A model generated the notes under the pieces. The model saw only the letters and a list, made by a program, of their open reading frames with translations, was not told the DNA's origin and ran no database searches. The position numbers were made by a program, and so were the translations under genes. A stretch of DNA of 63,180 bases, the filler included. It is 9 parts of 9 records of this genome, joined end to end, with 100 filler letters (N's around TTAATTAATTAA, not from the genome) between each part and the next. Parts side by side here need not be neighbours in the genome. Positions count along the whole stretch, not along the records: positions 1 to 6,420 come from SRR31156797_114294; positions 6,521 to 14,088 come from SRR31156797_114305; 7 more parts are not named here. One strand, 5' to 3'. Positions 1-9,632 of this stretch are shown here, piece after piece (position 1 is the first letter of the stretch; every line of letters starts with the position of its first letter).

Positions 1-27
1 CGGGCAGGCACAGTGGCCTGCCCCTAC
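1..27 (-). repeat. GTAG-type REP-like palindrome at window/contig start
   Basis: Reverse complement reads GTAG-GGGCAGGC-CACTGT-GCCTGCCC-G: GTAG foot plus a perfect 8-bp stem. Only one copy is visible. Confidence 0.5.
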
Positions 28-59
28 GAGACGCCGAACGTTGTTAGGAGATGTGTGAC

Positions 60-1487
60 ATGTCCAAACCGAAAATCGCGATGATTGGAGCCGGAAGCCT
101 GATCTTCTGCAAGACGCTGACGATGGACATTCTGGCCACCGAGGCCTTGCAGGACGTCGAGATCTGCCTGATGAACCGCACGAGGCCCAAGCTCGATAAG
201 ATGGAGGCGTTCGTCAGGAAGGTGGTCAAGGAGAACAAGCTTCCGACCAAGGTCACGGCGACGCTCGATCGGCGCGAGGCGCTCGAGGGCGCGACATACG
301 TGATCAACATGATTCAAGTGGGCGGCGTGGACGCGTTTCGCATGGACTACGAGATCCCGATCAAGTACGGGGTGAACCAGTGCATCGCCGATTCCATCGG
401 TCCGGGCGGCATCTTCCGCGCCCTGCGCACGATCCCCGTTCTGGCGGACATGTCCTGGGACATGAACGAGCTGTGTCCCGAGGCGATCCTGCTGAACTAC
501 GCCAACCCGATGGGCGCCAACTGTTCGGCGTTGGGACGTGTGGCCGAGGTCCAGTTCATCGGGCTTTGTCACGGGGTACAGACGACGCTGGATCTGATCA
601 GCCGCTATGTGGATGTGCCCAAGGATCAGGTCGACTACACCTGCGCCGGGATCAACCATATGGCCTGGTTCCTGTCGTTGTGCGACAAGCGCGACGGCCG
701 CGATCTGTATCCGATTCTCAAGGAGAATATCGAGAAGCCCGAGTACTACGTCAACGAGAAGGTGCGCTGCGAGGTCATGCGACACTTCGGCTACTTCATG
801 ACCGAGAGCACGGGGCATTTGTCCGAATACGTCCCGTGGTTCCGCAGCAGCGATCGGGCGCTGGAATTGTATTGTGACCAGCCCGGCTTCGGCGGTGCGT
901 CGGGGGCGTACTACAACTACTGCAACATGTTGGCCGAGAAGTACAAGAGCGTCGATTATCTGGCCACGGAATCGGCCAAGATCGCGGGCCGCAGTGTCGA
1001 GTACTGCTCGTACATTCTCGAAGCGGCTGAGACCGACCGCCCCTTCCGGCTCAATGGCAACGTCCGCAACGATGGCTACATCACCAATCTGCCTCAGGGT
1101 TGCTGTGTGGAAGTGCCGGTCTACGTCGATTCGCAGGGCCTGCACCCGGCGACCGTGGGCGATCTGCCCATGCAATGTGCGGTTCTGAACCAAAGCAATG
1201 TCACGGTCCAGCAGCTGGCGGTGGAAGCGGCAATGACGGGCGACCCGGAATATGCGATGCAGGCCATTGCCATGGACCCGCTGACCTCGGCGGTGTGCAC
1301 GTTGAAAGAGGCACGGGATATGACGCGCGAAATGCTGGAGGCCGAGGCCCAGTGGCTGCCCGAGTTCAAGGGCAAGAAACTCGCCCGCCGGCCGATCATC
1401 AGCATTCCCGATGATATCACGCCGGTCGAGGTACCACTCGATCCGGCCCTGGCGATCGCCAATCGTTTCGGCGAACTGGCGAAGTGA
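60..1487 (+). CDS. melA: Glycoside hydrolase family 4 (NAD+/Mn2+-dependent alpha-galactosidase/alpha-glucosidase)
   Basis: IGAGS Rossmann motif, DSIGPGG, NYANP, GLCHG metal motif, AGINHMAW, TESTGHLSEY. AGGAG at 46-50 favours the ATG at 60 over 51. Symbol is family-level only. Confidence 0.88.
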   Translation: MSKPKIAMIGAGSLIFCKTLTMDILATEALQDVEICLMNRTRPKLDKMEAFVRKVVKENKLPTKVTATLDRREALEGATYVINMIQVGGVDAFRMDYEIPIKYGVNQCIADSIGPGGIFRALRTIPVLADMSWDMNELCPEAILLNYANPMGANCSALGRVAEVQFIGLCHGVQTTLDLISRYVDVPKDQVDYTCAGINHMAWFLSLCDKRDGRDLYPILKENIEKPEYYVNEKVRCEVMRHFGYFMTESTGHLSEYVPWFRSSDRALELYCDQPGFGGASGAYYNYCNMLAEKYKSVDYLATESAKIAGRSVEYCSYILEAAETDRPFRLNGNVRNDGYITNLPQGCCVEVPVYVDSQGLHPATVGDLPMQCAVLNQSNVTVQQLAVEAAMTGDPEYAMQAIAMDPLTSAVCTLKEARDMTREMLEAEAQWLPEFKGKKLARRPIISIPDDITPVEVPLDPALAIANRFGELAK

Positions 1488-1494
1488 CAGGGCG

Positions 1495-2931
1495 CTAGGA
1501 GAGGTCGCGGCGGGCTGCGTCGACGATGCGGTCGATCTCAGTGGCCAGGTCCGCGTCGACAGGGTCAGGCTCGTGTTCGGTGAGAATGCGGCCCACTTCG
1601 CCGCGGATGCGGTCGCCCATGGAGCGGTGGCCCTCGTTGGCCCAGGCGTCCCAGGTCTGCCGGGTCCAGGTCGAGTCGGACATCCAGAGTTCGTTGCGGA
1701 AGTGCCGGACCGTGTGCTCCTCGGCCAGGAAACTTCCGGCGGGTCCGACCGTCCCGATCACGTCGGTCGCCAGCGTCGCGGGCGTGACGTCGAAGCCACG
1801 AGCGATGCGCTTGACATAGGCCATCAGTTCGTGATCGGCCATCAGCCATTCCAGGCTACCGGCGTGATCGGTCCCACAGATGCCCGCGTGGCCAAACATG
1901 TCCGCGCCGGCCAGCGCGCCGAGCAGCATCGTCGCGGCCTTTTCGCTGCCCGCCTGGGAATCGAGCGTCTTGGCGTCGGTCAGTCCCACGTTGACGTAGA
2001 CCGGGAAGCCGTAAGAGCGCCCCATCTGGACCATCGCCCCGGCCATCAATCCCTGCTCGGGCGACCCGAACGAGCAGATGCCCGTGCGGGGGTCCATGAT
2101 GTGGGGGATGCCGCCGTAGGTGATCGGCGTGCCCGGCGCCAGCAGTTGCGTGATGACCACGCCGGCGAGGATCTCCGCGTTTTCCAGAGCCAGGGTTCCC
2201 GCCAGTGTTCCGGGGCCTGTTCCAGAGACCATGGCCATGGGGCCGATGCTGACGGGTTGGCCCGCCTGCGCGAATTCCTTGACGATGTCGAGACCGTCGC
2301 GGGGCAATTGCAGCGGACTGATGGGCTCCAGAAAGGCCTCGACCATGGGGCGGGCGCGGAGCGCTTCTGCACCGCCGGCGACGGCGCGGTAGATCTCCAG
2401 GACATAGCGAGCGCTCGCGCCGTTGCGCACCCAGCAGCGGGTCGGCTTGGTCGTGCCCTTGACCAGTTCGCCCGTGAGGAACACGTCGCGGTATTGCTCG
2501 GAGATCTCCTCGGGCTGGGCCATCGACCCGGCGATGGTGATGTTGTCCAGGGCGTCGGCCAGGCGGATGGCGTCGCGGGCATCCTGAATCGTCGCGGGAC
2601 GTCTCTGGCCCGTCTCGCTATCGATCCAGGCATATTGTCCCGGACTGGACAGGAGAAGGAAATCACCCTGGCCGTACCGGGCGACCTGTGCCGGGTTCCG
2701 CCCGTAGAGCGTGTACTGCTTGCCCGCCTGGGCTACAGCGTCCATCACGAGTTGTTCCGGGAGCCGGGCGATCCTGGTGCCGGTGTCCACGGATGCCCCG
2801 GCCTGGCCCAGCAGTTTCAGCATGTCTTCATGGTGCACGAGGACGCCGGTGTCGCGGAGGATCGCCAGGCTGGCCTCGTGAATGGCGCTGATCTCCTGCT
2901 CGGTCAGGACGCTGATTTGAATGTTGGCCAT
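1495..2931 (-). CDS. Trimethylamine methyltransferase (MttB) superfamily protein, non-pyrrolysine type
   Basis: IHEASLAILRDTGV, PISPLQL, GTGPGTLAGTLALENAEILAG, MDPRTG..SFGSPE, LTDAKTLDSQAGSEK, GSFLAEEHT. No in-frame TAG. RBS AGGAAGG precedes ATG 2931. Confidence 0.9.
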   Translation of the reverse strand: MANIQISVLTEQEISAIHEASLAILRDTGVLVHHEDMLKLLGQAGASVDTGTRIARLPEQLVMDAVAQAGKQYTLYGRNPAQVARYGQGDFLLLSSPGQYAWIDSETGQRRPATIQDARDAIRLADALDNITIAGSMAQPEEISEQYRDVFLTGELVKGTTKPTRCWVRNGASARYVLEIYRAVAGGAEALRARPMVEAFLEPISPLQLPRDGLDIVKEFAQAGQPVSIGPMAMVSGTGPGTLAGTLALENAEILAGVVITQLLAPGTPITYGGIPHIMDPRTGICSFGSPEQGLMAGAMVQMGRSYGFPVYVNVGLTDAKTLDSQAGSEKAATMLLGALAGADMFGHAGICGTDHAGSLEWLMADHELMAYVKRIARGFDVTPATLATDVIGTVGPAGSFLAEEHTVRHFRNELWMSDSTWTRQTWDAWANEGHRSMGDRIRGEVGRILTEHEPDPVDADLATEIDRIVDAARRDLS

Positions 2932-2945
2932 GTGTGCCTTCCTGC

Positions 2946-4046
2946 TCAGGTGATGGGGTTCTTCCACAGATCGATCGGTCGCTTGACGCCTTTGGGATGG
3001 AAGGGCAAAGGTATCTTACGGCCGGTCCCGGCCGACTGGTATCCGGCGCAGAGCACCTCCTGCACGACGCGCCCGTCGGCGCCCGTTGCTTCGGGTTCGT
3101 CCTTGCCCCGGACGCAACGCGCGAAGTGGTGCATTTCCTGCGGGAACCCGTAATTCCACAGTTCTTCGAAGACCGGATACGTCCAGCCCTTCGTGGTCGG
3201 GGCCTTTTCCACCGCGTATCCGTAACCAGGGTCGCTGAAGGTCGGCAGGGCGTTGCCCATGTGCAGATCGGCATAGGTCACGCCGCCATCGCCATAGACT
3301 TCGATACAATCGTCCATGCCGCCACGCCGGGCCCAACTGTCCTCGATCATGCCCACGGCCCCGCCGGCGAACTCGATGATGCAGATCGAATTGTCCTCGC
3401 CCTCGGTTTTGTCGGCATGCACGTACGTGCCCATCTGGCAATAGACGTTCTTGATGTGGGGCCGGCCCAGGAACCAGTGACAAAACGCGATACCGTGACA
3501 GCCCATGTCCATGAACACCCCACCGCCGGACTTCTTCACGTCCCAGAACCACGGCGCATGCGGTCCGAAGTGCTTCTCGCTCTGCTTGACCAGGTACACG
3601 TCACCGAAGGCGCCCTGGTCGGCCATCTCCTTGGCCTTGACGTACTTCGGGGTGAAGAACAGTTCCTCGGCGTACATCAGCAGCACCCCTTGTCGCTCGC
3701 AGGTGTCGATCATCAGATCCGCCTCCTCCAGCGTCATGCAGAGGGGCTTTTCGCAGACGACGTGTTTGCCCGCTTTGGCGATATCGATGGTCATCTGCGC
3801 GTGTAGCGCGTTCGGGGCCGTGATTGTGACCATCTCGATGTCTTTTTCCAGGAGCATCTGCTTGTAGTCGGTGAAGACCCGGGGGATCTCGTATTTCTCC
3901 GCAAGTTTCGCCGCGTTGCCGCGGGTGGGCGATGCTACCGCCACGACCTCGGCCTCTTCCGGCATGAGCCGAAACGACTCGGCGTGAATGTCTGCTTCGA
4001 AACCGGAGCCGATGATGCCGACTTTGACTTTTCCTTTCTTCGCCAT
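2946..4046 (-). CDS. Gfo/Idh/MocA family oxidoreductase (cytoplasmic)
   Basis: GIIGSG, KHVVCEKP, GGGVFMDMGCH motifs. GGAGG RBS at 4057-4061. Confidence 0.92.
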   Translation of the reverse strand: MAKKGKVKVGIIGSGFEADIHAESFRLMPEEAEVVAVASPTRGNAAKLAEKYEIPRVFTDYKQMLLEKDIEMVTITAPNALHAQMTIDIAKAGKHVVCEKPLCMTLEEADLMIDTCERQGVLLMYAEELFFTPKYVKAKEMADQGAFGDVYLVKQSEKHFGPHAPWFWDVKKSGGGVFMDMGCHGIAFCHWFLGRPHIKNVYCQMGTYVHADKTEGEDNSICIIEFAGGAVGMIEDSWARRGGMDDCIEVYGDGGVTYADLHMGNALPTFSDPGYGYAVEKAPTTKGWTYPVFEELWNYGFPQEMHHFARCVRGKDEPEATGADGRVVQEVLCAGYQSAGTGRKIPLPFHPKGVKRPIDLWKNPIT

Positions 4047-4065
4047 GCTTTGTCTACCTCCAATG

Positions 4066-4088
4066 GGTCCTATAGAACCGATAGGACC
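4066..4088. other. Intergenic stem-loop GGTCCTAT-N7-ATAGGACC
   Basis: Perfect 8-bp inverted repeat in the gap between two co-oriented Gfo genes, directly upstream of the RBS. No U-tract. Confidence 0.55.
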
Positions 4089-4098
4089 TATTTACCGC

Positions 4099-5475
4099 TC
4101 ATAGTGTCCAGCCTTCTCGATATTCGTAGTGCAGATACTCGTTGGCTTTTTCCGAATTGATGACCTTCAAATTCGCGCTGTCCCACAGCAGCCTTTGACC
4201 TCCGGTGCGGACGCAAACCGTCCCCAGCAGGACCGCTTCGGTCAGCGGGCCCGCGAACGTGTCGAACGCCGAGCGCGTGGGCGTCCCTTCCTTGCAGGCC
4301 TTGATCCACTCGTTGTGATGGCCGATCGAGCGAGGCAGCGTCTTGGGCGGTCGCCGGTAGGCCTTCATCTGCGCTTCCGGAATCAGGCGGGGGCTGTGCC
4401 CACCCCAGCCTTCGACGTACATCTTGCCTTTGTCACCGACGAAGATGAGCCCGTCCTCGCGGGACAGCTCGCGATTGTCGTCCAGTTCGGGGGGCCGCGC
4501 CGGGATGATCCCGCCATCGTACCAGTGCACGGTCACGGGGGCCATGTCGCCCCGGGCGGCGAATTCGTAGTGGACCGTCGAGGCCAGCGGCAGGGTCTCG
4601 TCGTTGAACAGCGTCGAGCTGGCGCAGACGCTCCGCGGCGCGCCGAGTTTCAGGGCGGAGAAGACCGGCGCCAGGTTGTGGATGCCCATGTCACCCAGTC
4701 CGGCCGAGCCGAAGTCCCACCAGCCGCGCCAACGGAATGGGTGATAGGCCGGATGGTAAGGGCGATGCGGGGCCGGTCCCAGCCACAGGTCCCAGTCCAA
4801 TGTCTTGGGAACGGGCGGGGTGTCTTGCGGCCGGTCGATGCCCTGGGCCCAGAACAACTCGCCATTGTGGGTCGGCCGGTCGGACCAGGCGTGCACCTCG
4901 CGCACCGGCCCGATCGCGCCATCCCAGATCCATTCGTTGATCAGGCGATTGCCCTCGAAGGCCATCCCCTGATTGCCCATCTGCGTGGCGACGCCCGCCT
5001 TCCGTGTGGCCTCGGCCAGGGCGCGGGCTTCGTACACCGTGCGGGTCAGGGGCTTCTCGCAGTAGACGTGTTTGCCCATCTTGATCGCCCGCATCGAGAC
5101 GACCGCGTGCGTATGGTCGGGCGTGCCTATCACCACGGCGTCGATGTTCTTCTCTTTGTCCAGCATCTTGCGGAAGTCGCGATACTTCTTGGCCTTAGGA
5201 TAGCGCTTCCGCGTGTTGGCCGCGTAGGCGTCGTCCACATCGCACAACGCGACGATATTCTCGCTGCTGACACTATCGATGTCGCTTCCGCCCTGACCGC
5301 CAATGCCGATGCCGGCGATATTGAGCTTTTCACTGGGCGGCGTCTGTCCCGCACCACCCAGGACGTGGCGGGGGACGATCGTGACACTGGCGGCAAGCGC
5401 CGCGGTTCGGCCCAGCAGGGCCCGGCGCGATAGGGGCAGGTGTTCTTCCGGCTGGTGTGCTCTTGGACGAGTCAT
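4099..5475 (-). CDS. Gfo/Idh/MocA family oxidoreductase with Tat signal
   Basis: SRRALL twin-arginine leader, GIGIGGQG, GTPDHTH, HVYCEKP, TQMGNQG, LDWDLWLGPAP, WRGWWDFG...LGDMGIH. Confidence 0.92.
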   Translation of the reverse strand: MTRPRAHQPEEHLPLSRRALLGRTAALAASVTIVPRHVLGGAGQTPPSEKLNIAGIGIGGQGGSDIDSVSSENIVALCDVDDAYAANTRKRYPKAKKYRDFRKMLDKEKNIDAVVIGTPDHTHAVVSMRAIKMGKHVYCEKPLTRTVYEARALAEATRKAGVATQMGNQGMAFEGNRLINEWIWDGAIGPVREVHAWSDRPTHNGELFWAQGIDRPQDTPPVPKTLDWDLWLGPAPHRPYHPAYHPFRWRGWWDFGSAGLGDMGIHNLAPVFSALKLGAPRSVCASSTLFNDETLPLASTVHYEFAARGDMAPVTVHWYDGGIIPARPPELDDNRELSREDGLIFVGDKGKMYVEGWGGHSPRLIPEAQMKAYRRPPKTLPRSIGHHNEWIKACKEGTPTRSAFDTFAGPLTEAVLLGTVCVRTGGQRLLWDSANLKVINSEKANEYLHYEYREGWTL

Positions 5476-5507
5476 AGAGTGGTTCCTCCACTGGGCTCAA
5501 AGCGCCG

Positions 5508-6420
5508 TTAACGTCGTTCGCTTGCAGGTCGCTGGGGTTCTGAATCCTGGCTATGGATAACTGCTGTCGAGGCAGGCAATCCGTCGGTCGTGGCGGTCAG
5601 GCGGATCTCACCGGCTCGCCGCGATGCCTGGACGACGGCCAGACATCGGCCCCAACGGGTCGTCCGTTCGTTGCCCTGGTAGGGCTCGGTGCTGCGCAAG
5701 TCGCCATTGTCGGTGCCCGCGAGCTTCCCCGACCCGGTCACTTCGAACCGGATCTTCCGGTCGTCGTTAGGGACGAGCACGCCTTTCGCATCGACCAGAC
5801 TCACTTCGACGTGGGCAATGTCCTGCCCGTTGGCGGCGATCAGGTTCCGGTCGGGTTTCAACAGGATCCGGGCGGGTGCTCCGGCGGTGTGCAGCTCGTC
5901 CGTGGTCACTTCGACGCCGTCGGTCTTGGCAATGGCCGTGAGGTGGCCGGCCCGGTAGGGCACGTACCAGAGAATGGTCGCGTTGGGGTAATCGGCGGTC
6001 CGGCGGGTGCCCAGGGACTCGTCGTTGAGCAGCAGTTCAACGCTATCGGCATTGGTGGTGGTCTGGACGCGGGCGATCACGTCGCGCGTGGTCCGGTTCC
6101 AGTTCCGGGCCATCTTGGGCCAGCTCCAGGCGGCGGCGCCATGGTCGATGTCGAACGAGTCGTCCAGCACGGCGATCTCGACGAACGGCTCGGTGCTCCA
6201 GACGCTGCGATGAAAGCCCGCCCGAGGTTTGGCAAACCCGCAGGTGTCGATCAAGCCGTTGGGCCAGCCCTTGCTGGGCCAGCCGATGCTCTCGCCGAGG
6301 TAGTCGATGCCGATCCAGACAAATTCACCGGCGACGTAGTCGTGCTTGACCACGTCGTACCACGGATTGACCGGGGCGAAATCGCAGTAGAAATTGTGCA
6401 GCTTGCGGTCGGTGTGGTAG
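5508..6420 (-). CDS. Glycoside hydrolase family 2 (beta-galactosidase-like), C-terminal part, 5' truncated
   Basis: GEFVWIGIDYLGES, GLIDTCGFAK, WYVPYRAG, GTDNGD. Frame stays open to the contig edge. Confidence 0.85.
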
Positions 6421-6520
6421 NNNNNNNNNNNNNNNNNNNNNNNNNNNNNNNNNNNNNNNNNNNNTTAATTAATTAANNNNNNNNNNNNNNNNNNNNNNNN
6501 NNNNNNNNNNNNNNNNNNNN
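6421..6520. other. Artificial contig spacer
   Basis: N44-TTAATTAATTAA-N44, stop codons in all six frames. Confidence 0.99.
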
Positions 6521-6572
6521 AAATCCATATTGTTCCCCGTCCTCCCGATAATTCCGCCGTTTGTGCCCGGCC

Positions 6573-8735
6573 CTATAGGTCGATGCGGCGTCCTTCACAA
6601 AGCGATTCGACCACCGCCATGGTGGCGAGGCTGGTTTCGATCAATTCGTTCTCGTCGATCGGTGCCGGGCCGCCGGCAATTACCGCTTCGACGAAGGCGG
6701 CCAATGCGCCCTTGAAACCCTTGTCCTGGCCGACCCGGTCGCGTTCGGTCTTGACGTTGCCCTTGTCGGCGATGGTCAGGGTGCGGAAATTGTCGACGGT
6801 GACGCAGGCGCCGCCGCCATAACCCTCGATCAGTTCCTTGCCCAACGCCGTATCGCCGACCGCCGTATAGACGATATTGGCGAGGCTGCCGTCGGCGAAA
6901 CGAAGGCTCGCGGTCAGATCGTCGCAGGGGCCGTCGGTTGCCTGGGCGGCATCGGCCTGCACACTTGTAATCGGCGAAGCGACCAGAAAACGGGCCAGAT
7001 CGACGAAATGACAGACCTCGCCCAAAATGCGGCCGCCGCCCTCTTCGGCGTTCTGGACCCAGCTTTCGGCCGGGATGTGCCCGGCGTTGATGCGCAGCAG
7101 CACGCATTTGCTGCCCTCGGCACGCGCCAAACGGTCGCGTACCGCAATCGCATGCGGCGCGAAACGCCGGTTGAAGCCGACCTGGAAGAAGGCGTCCGTT
7201 CCGTTCCTGGCCTCGATTACCGTGTTCAGGCCGTCGCGGTTCAGCGCCAGCGGTTTTTCGACCAGCACCGATTTGCCCGCCGCCAGGGCTTTCGCCGTCA
7301 TCTCGGCGTGGCTGTCGTGGCGGGTGGCGATCAGAACCGCGTTGATGTCGGCATTACCGAGCACGTCGTCCGGTTCGCCGGAAGCGACGGAAAAACCGTG
7401 GGATTGGCGCGTCTTGTCGGCGGAAATGCCCCGTTTGGTGACGATGGTGTGCAGGTCGACCGCATCCATCTTCGCCAGTTCCGGCAGCAGCACCGATTTC
7501 GCGAAATTGCCGGCGCCGATGACGCCCAGTACGCAGCGATCCGAAGATTTCCCGGATTTGGCCGGGGTGACGGCGGCCGGTTTGGCCTGCCGTTCCGTCT
7601 CGCCGTCATAGGTCAGCACGACGCCCAGGTGCGCCTCCGTGCGTTCGGTGATCATGGCGTAGGCCGCCTCGGCCTCGGCGATGTCGAACCTGTGCGTGGT
7701 CAGGGGCGCCACCTGCAGACGGGCACTGCGGTCCGGCGCCATCAGGCGGACGCATTCGGCCAGGTTCTCGGTTTCGGTCCAGCGCACCCAGCCTTCCGGG
7801 TATTTCAGTCCGCGCCCTTCGAAATCGGGATCGTAGCGGCCCGGCCCATAGGACCGCGACACGATCACGTTCAATTCCTTCTGCATGAAGATATTGTACG
7901 GGAACTCGGTGCCGGTCAGTCCGACCATGACGATGCGGGCGCGGTCCCGCGCAATCTCGGCGGCCATCCGGAAGGGTTCGCTGGAATCGCTGGCCGCGGC
8001 GATGATGATGGCATCGCAGCCGCGGCCCTTGGATAATCCGCCGACTTTCGCGGCGGCATCGTCGGCGCTTAAATTCACGGTCGCTTCGGCGCCCAGTTGG
8101 CGGGCCAGTTCGAGCCGTTTCGGATCGTAGTCGAGGACCACCACGCGGGCGCCCTGAAGGGTCAGGAACTGTGCCGCCAACTGTCCGAGCAGGCCGACAC
8201 CGAAAACGGCGACAATATCGCCCAAACCGGCCTGGGCGTTCCTGACCGCGTGCATGGCGATGGCGCCCAACGTGCAGTAACAGGCCTCTTCGTCGGGCAC
8301 GCCTTCGGGAACGGGGGCGGCCAGATTGGCCGGAACCAGGTTCATCTCGGCATGATTGGCCAACCCGGCGCCGGCCATCGCGACCCGTTGACCGGGCAGG
8401 AACTGGCCTTCGAGCCCGGCGCCGACGGCGATGACCTCGCCGGTCGCCGAATAGCCCAAGGGGATGGCCTGGTCGAGCTGTGCCGTCACCGCCTTGAAGG
8501 TGGCGGCGATGCCGTCGTTCTTCGCCTTGGCCAGCACCTTCTTGACCAGATCGGGCCGGGCGCGCGCTTTCGAGGCCAGGTTTTTCTGGGCGAAATCGAC
8601 GATCATGCGCTCGGTTCCGGCGGAAATCAGCGAGGCCCGGGTGCGGACCAGGATATGGCCCTTCTGGACGGTGGGTTCCGGAACTTCCCTGACCGCGAGC
8701 TTGCCGCCGCGGGCGCTTTGGACGACCTGTTTCAT
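6573..8735 (-). CDS. Bi-domain oxidoreductase (MDR dehydrogenase domain fused to Gfo/Idh/MocA domain)
   Basis: SLISAGTE, PLGYS, GVGLLG, SRSYGPGRYD...Y..G.VRWTE in the N-half; GAGNFA, VLVEKP, VGFNRRF, GEVCHFVD in the C-half. Confidence 0.9.
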   Translation of the reverse strand: MKQVVQSARGGKLAVREVPEPTVQKGHILVRTRASLISAGTERMIVDFAQKNLASKARARPDLVKKVLAKAKNDGIAATFKAVTAQLDQAIPLGYSATGEVIAVGAGLEGQFLPGQRVAMAGAGLANHAEMNLVPANLAAPVPEGVPDEEACYCTLGAIAMHAVRNAQAGLGDIVAVFGVGLLGQLAAQFLTLQGARVVVLDYDPKRLELARQLGAEATVNLSADDAAAKVGGLSKGRGCDAIIIAAASDSSEPFRMAAEIARDRARIVMVGLTGTEFPYNIFMQKELNVIVSRSYGPGRYDPDFEGRGLKYPEGWVRWTETENLAECVRLMAPDRSARLQVAPLTTHRFDIAEAEAAYAMITERTEAHLGVVLTYDGETERQAKPAAVTPAKSGKSSDRCVLGVIGAGNFAKSVLLPELAKMDAVDLHTIVTKRGISADKTRQSHGFSVASGEPDDVLGNADINAVLIATRHDSHAEMTAKALAAGKSVLVEKPLALNRDGLNTVIEARNGTDAFFQVGFNRRFAPHAIAVRDRLARAEGSKCVLLRINAGHIPAESWVQNAEEGGGRILGEVCHFVDLARFLVASPITSVQADAAQATDGPCDDLTASLRFADGSLANIVYTAVGDTALGKELIEGYGGGACVTVDNFRTLTIADKGNVKTERDRVGQDKGFKGALAAFVEAVIAGGPAPIDENELIETSLATMAVVESLCEGRRIDL

Positions 8736-8799
8736 GGTCAGATGTTTTACCCCGATTTCAGAGACTTATGCAAAATTCCTGCGATTCCCGACGAAGCGG

Positions 8800-9219
8800 T
8801 CAATCGCCCGAAAGGTGAAGAACCAGTTGCCGCGAATGGCCGCGGTGCCGGTGTTCGAACAGATAGATGCCCTGCCAGGTGCCGAGCGCCAGCCGTCCGC
8901 GCGTGACCGGGATGTTGAGGGAAACGTCGGTCAGGGCGCCGCGGATGTGGGCCGGCATGTCGTCGGGGCCTTCCATGGTGTGACGGTACAGCGACGGGTC
9001 TTCCTTGACCAGACGCCTGAAAAAGGTCTCGAGATCGGTCTGCACATCGGGATCGGCGTTTTCCTGGATGGTCAGGCTGGCCGAGGTGTGCTGGCAGAAA
9101 ACGGTCAGCAGACCGGTGTCGATGCCCTGGTCCGCCACCCACTGGGCGACGTGGCGGGTGACTTCGTGCAAACCCTGGCCGCGGGTGCGGACCGACAGGC
9201 TGTGCTGGGCGTGGGTCAC
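8800..9219 (-). CDS. yjbQ: YjbQ / secondary thiamine-phosphate synthase family protein
   Basis: HTSASLTIQENADPDV, EGPDDMPAHI, LGTWQGIYLFEHR. GTG start overlaps the panD stop. Confidence 0.93.
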   Translation of the reverse strand: MTHAQHSLSVRTRGQGLHEVTRHVAQWVADQGIDTGLLTVFCQHTSASLTIQENADPDVQTDLETFFRRLVKEDPSLYRHTMEGPDDMPAHIRGALTDVSLNIPVTRGRLALGTWQGIYLFEHRHRGHSRQLVLHLSGD

Positions 9220-9632
9220 GACGGTTCGTCCAGAATGCGGAAATCGAAGGGCCGTTTATCGCTTTCGTAAACGTCGTAGCGCAAGGTCTGATCGACCTGG
9301 TTGGCCTCGGTGAAGGTCAGGATGCGGGGTTTCAGGTCGTACAGGCCCTTCGGTTCGATATAATCGGTGGCGACGATGATCAGTTCGTCGCCGCGCTGGC
9401 AGGTACGCGCCGCGGCGCCATTGAGCACGCAACAGCGCGATCCGGGCTCGCCGTAAACGACATAGGTGGTCAGGCGCGCCGCCGAGTTCTTGTTCCAGAT
9501 CTCGACGAATTCCATCGGATAGATCCCGGCCTGGTCGCAATGTTCGGGATCCAGCGTCACCGACCCGTGATAGTCGAGGTCGGCGCCGGTTACGCGAATG
9601 CCGTGAAGCTTCGCCCTAACCGCTCGTAACAT
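9216..9632 (-). CDS. panD: Aspartate 1-decarboxylase
   Basis: AKLH, YHG/SVTLD self-cleavage site, RLTTYV, LNGAAAR. Confidence 0.93.
   Translation of the reverse strand: MLRAVRAKLHGIRVTGADLDYHGSVTLDPEHCDQAGIYPMEFVEIWNKNSAARLTTYVVYGEPGSRCCVLNGAAARTCQRGDELIIVATDYIEPKGLYDLKPRILTFTEANQVDQTLRYDVYESDKRPFDFRILDEPS

Noticed and set aside
1495..2931. Possible pyrrolysine recoding in the MttB gene
   Set aside because: The frame is uninterrupted, with no in-frame TAG, and Leu sits at the expected position.
24..3153. Long ORFs 24-1193 (-) and 1411-3153 (+) overlapping real genes
   Set aside because: Antisense shadows of GH4 and MttB in high-GC DNA, with no family motifs. The same applies to 16312-17928, 34995-36527, 39297-40670, 54431-56248 and 60512-61873.
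6465..6476. TTAATTAATTAA recurring eight times, as a possible repeat array
   Set aside because: Always centred in 100-nt N blocks. It is a synthetic six-frame stop linker.
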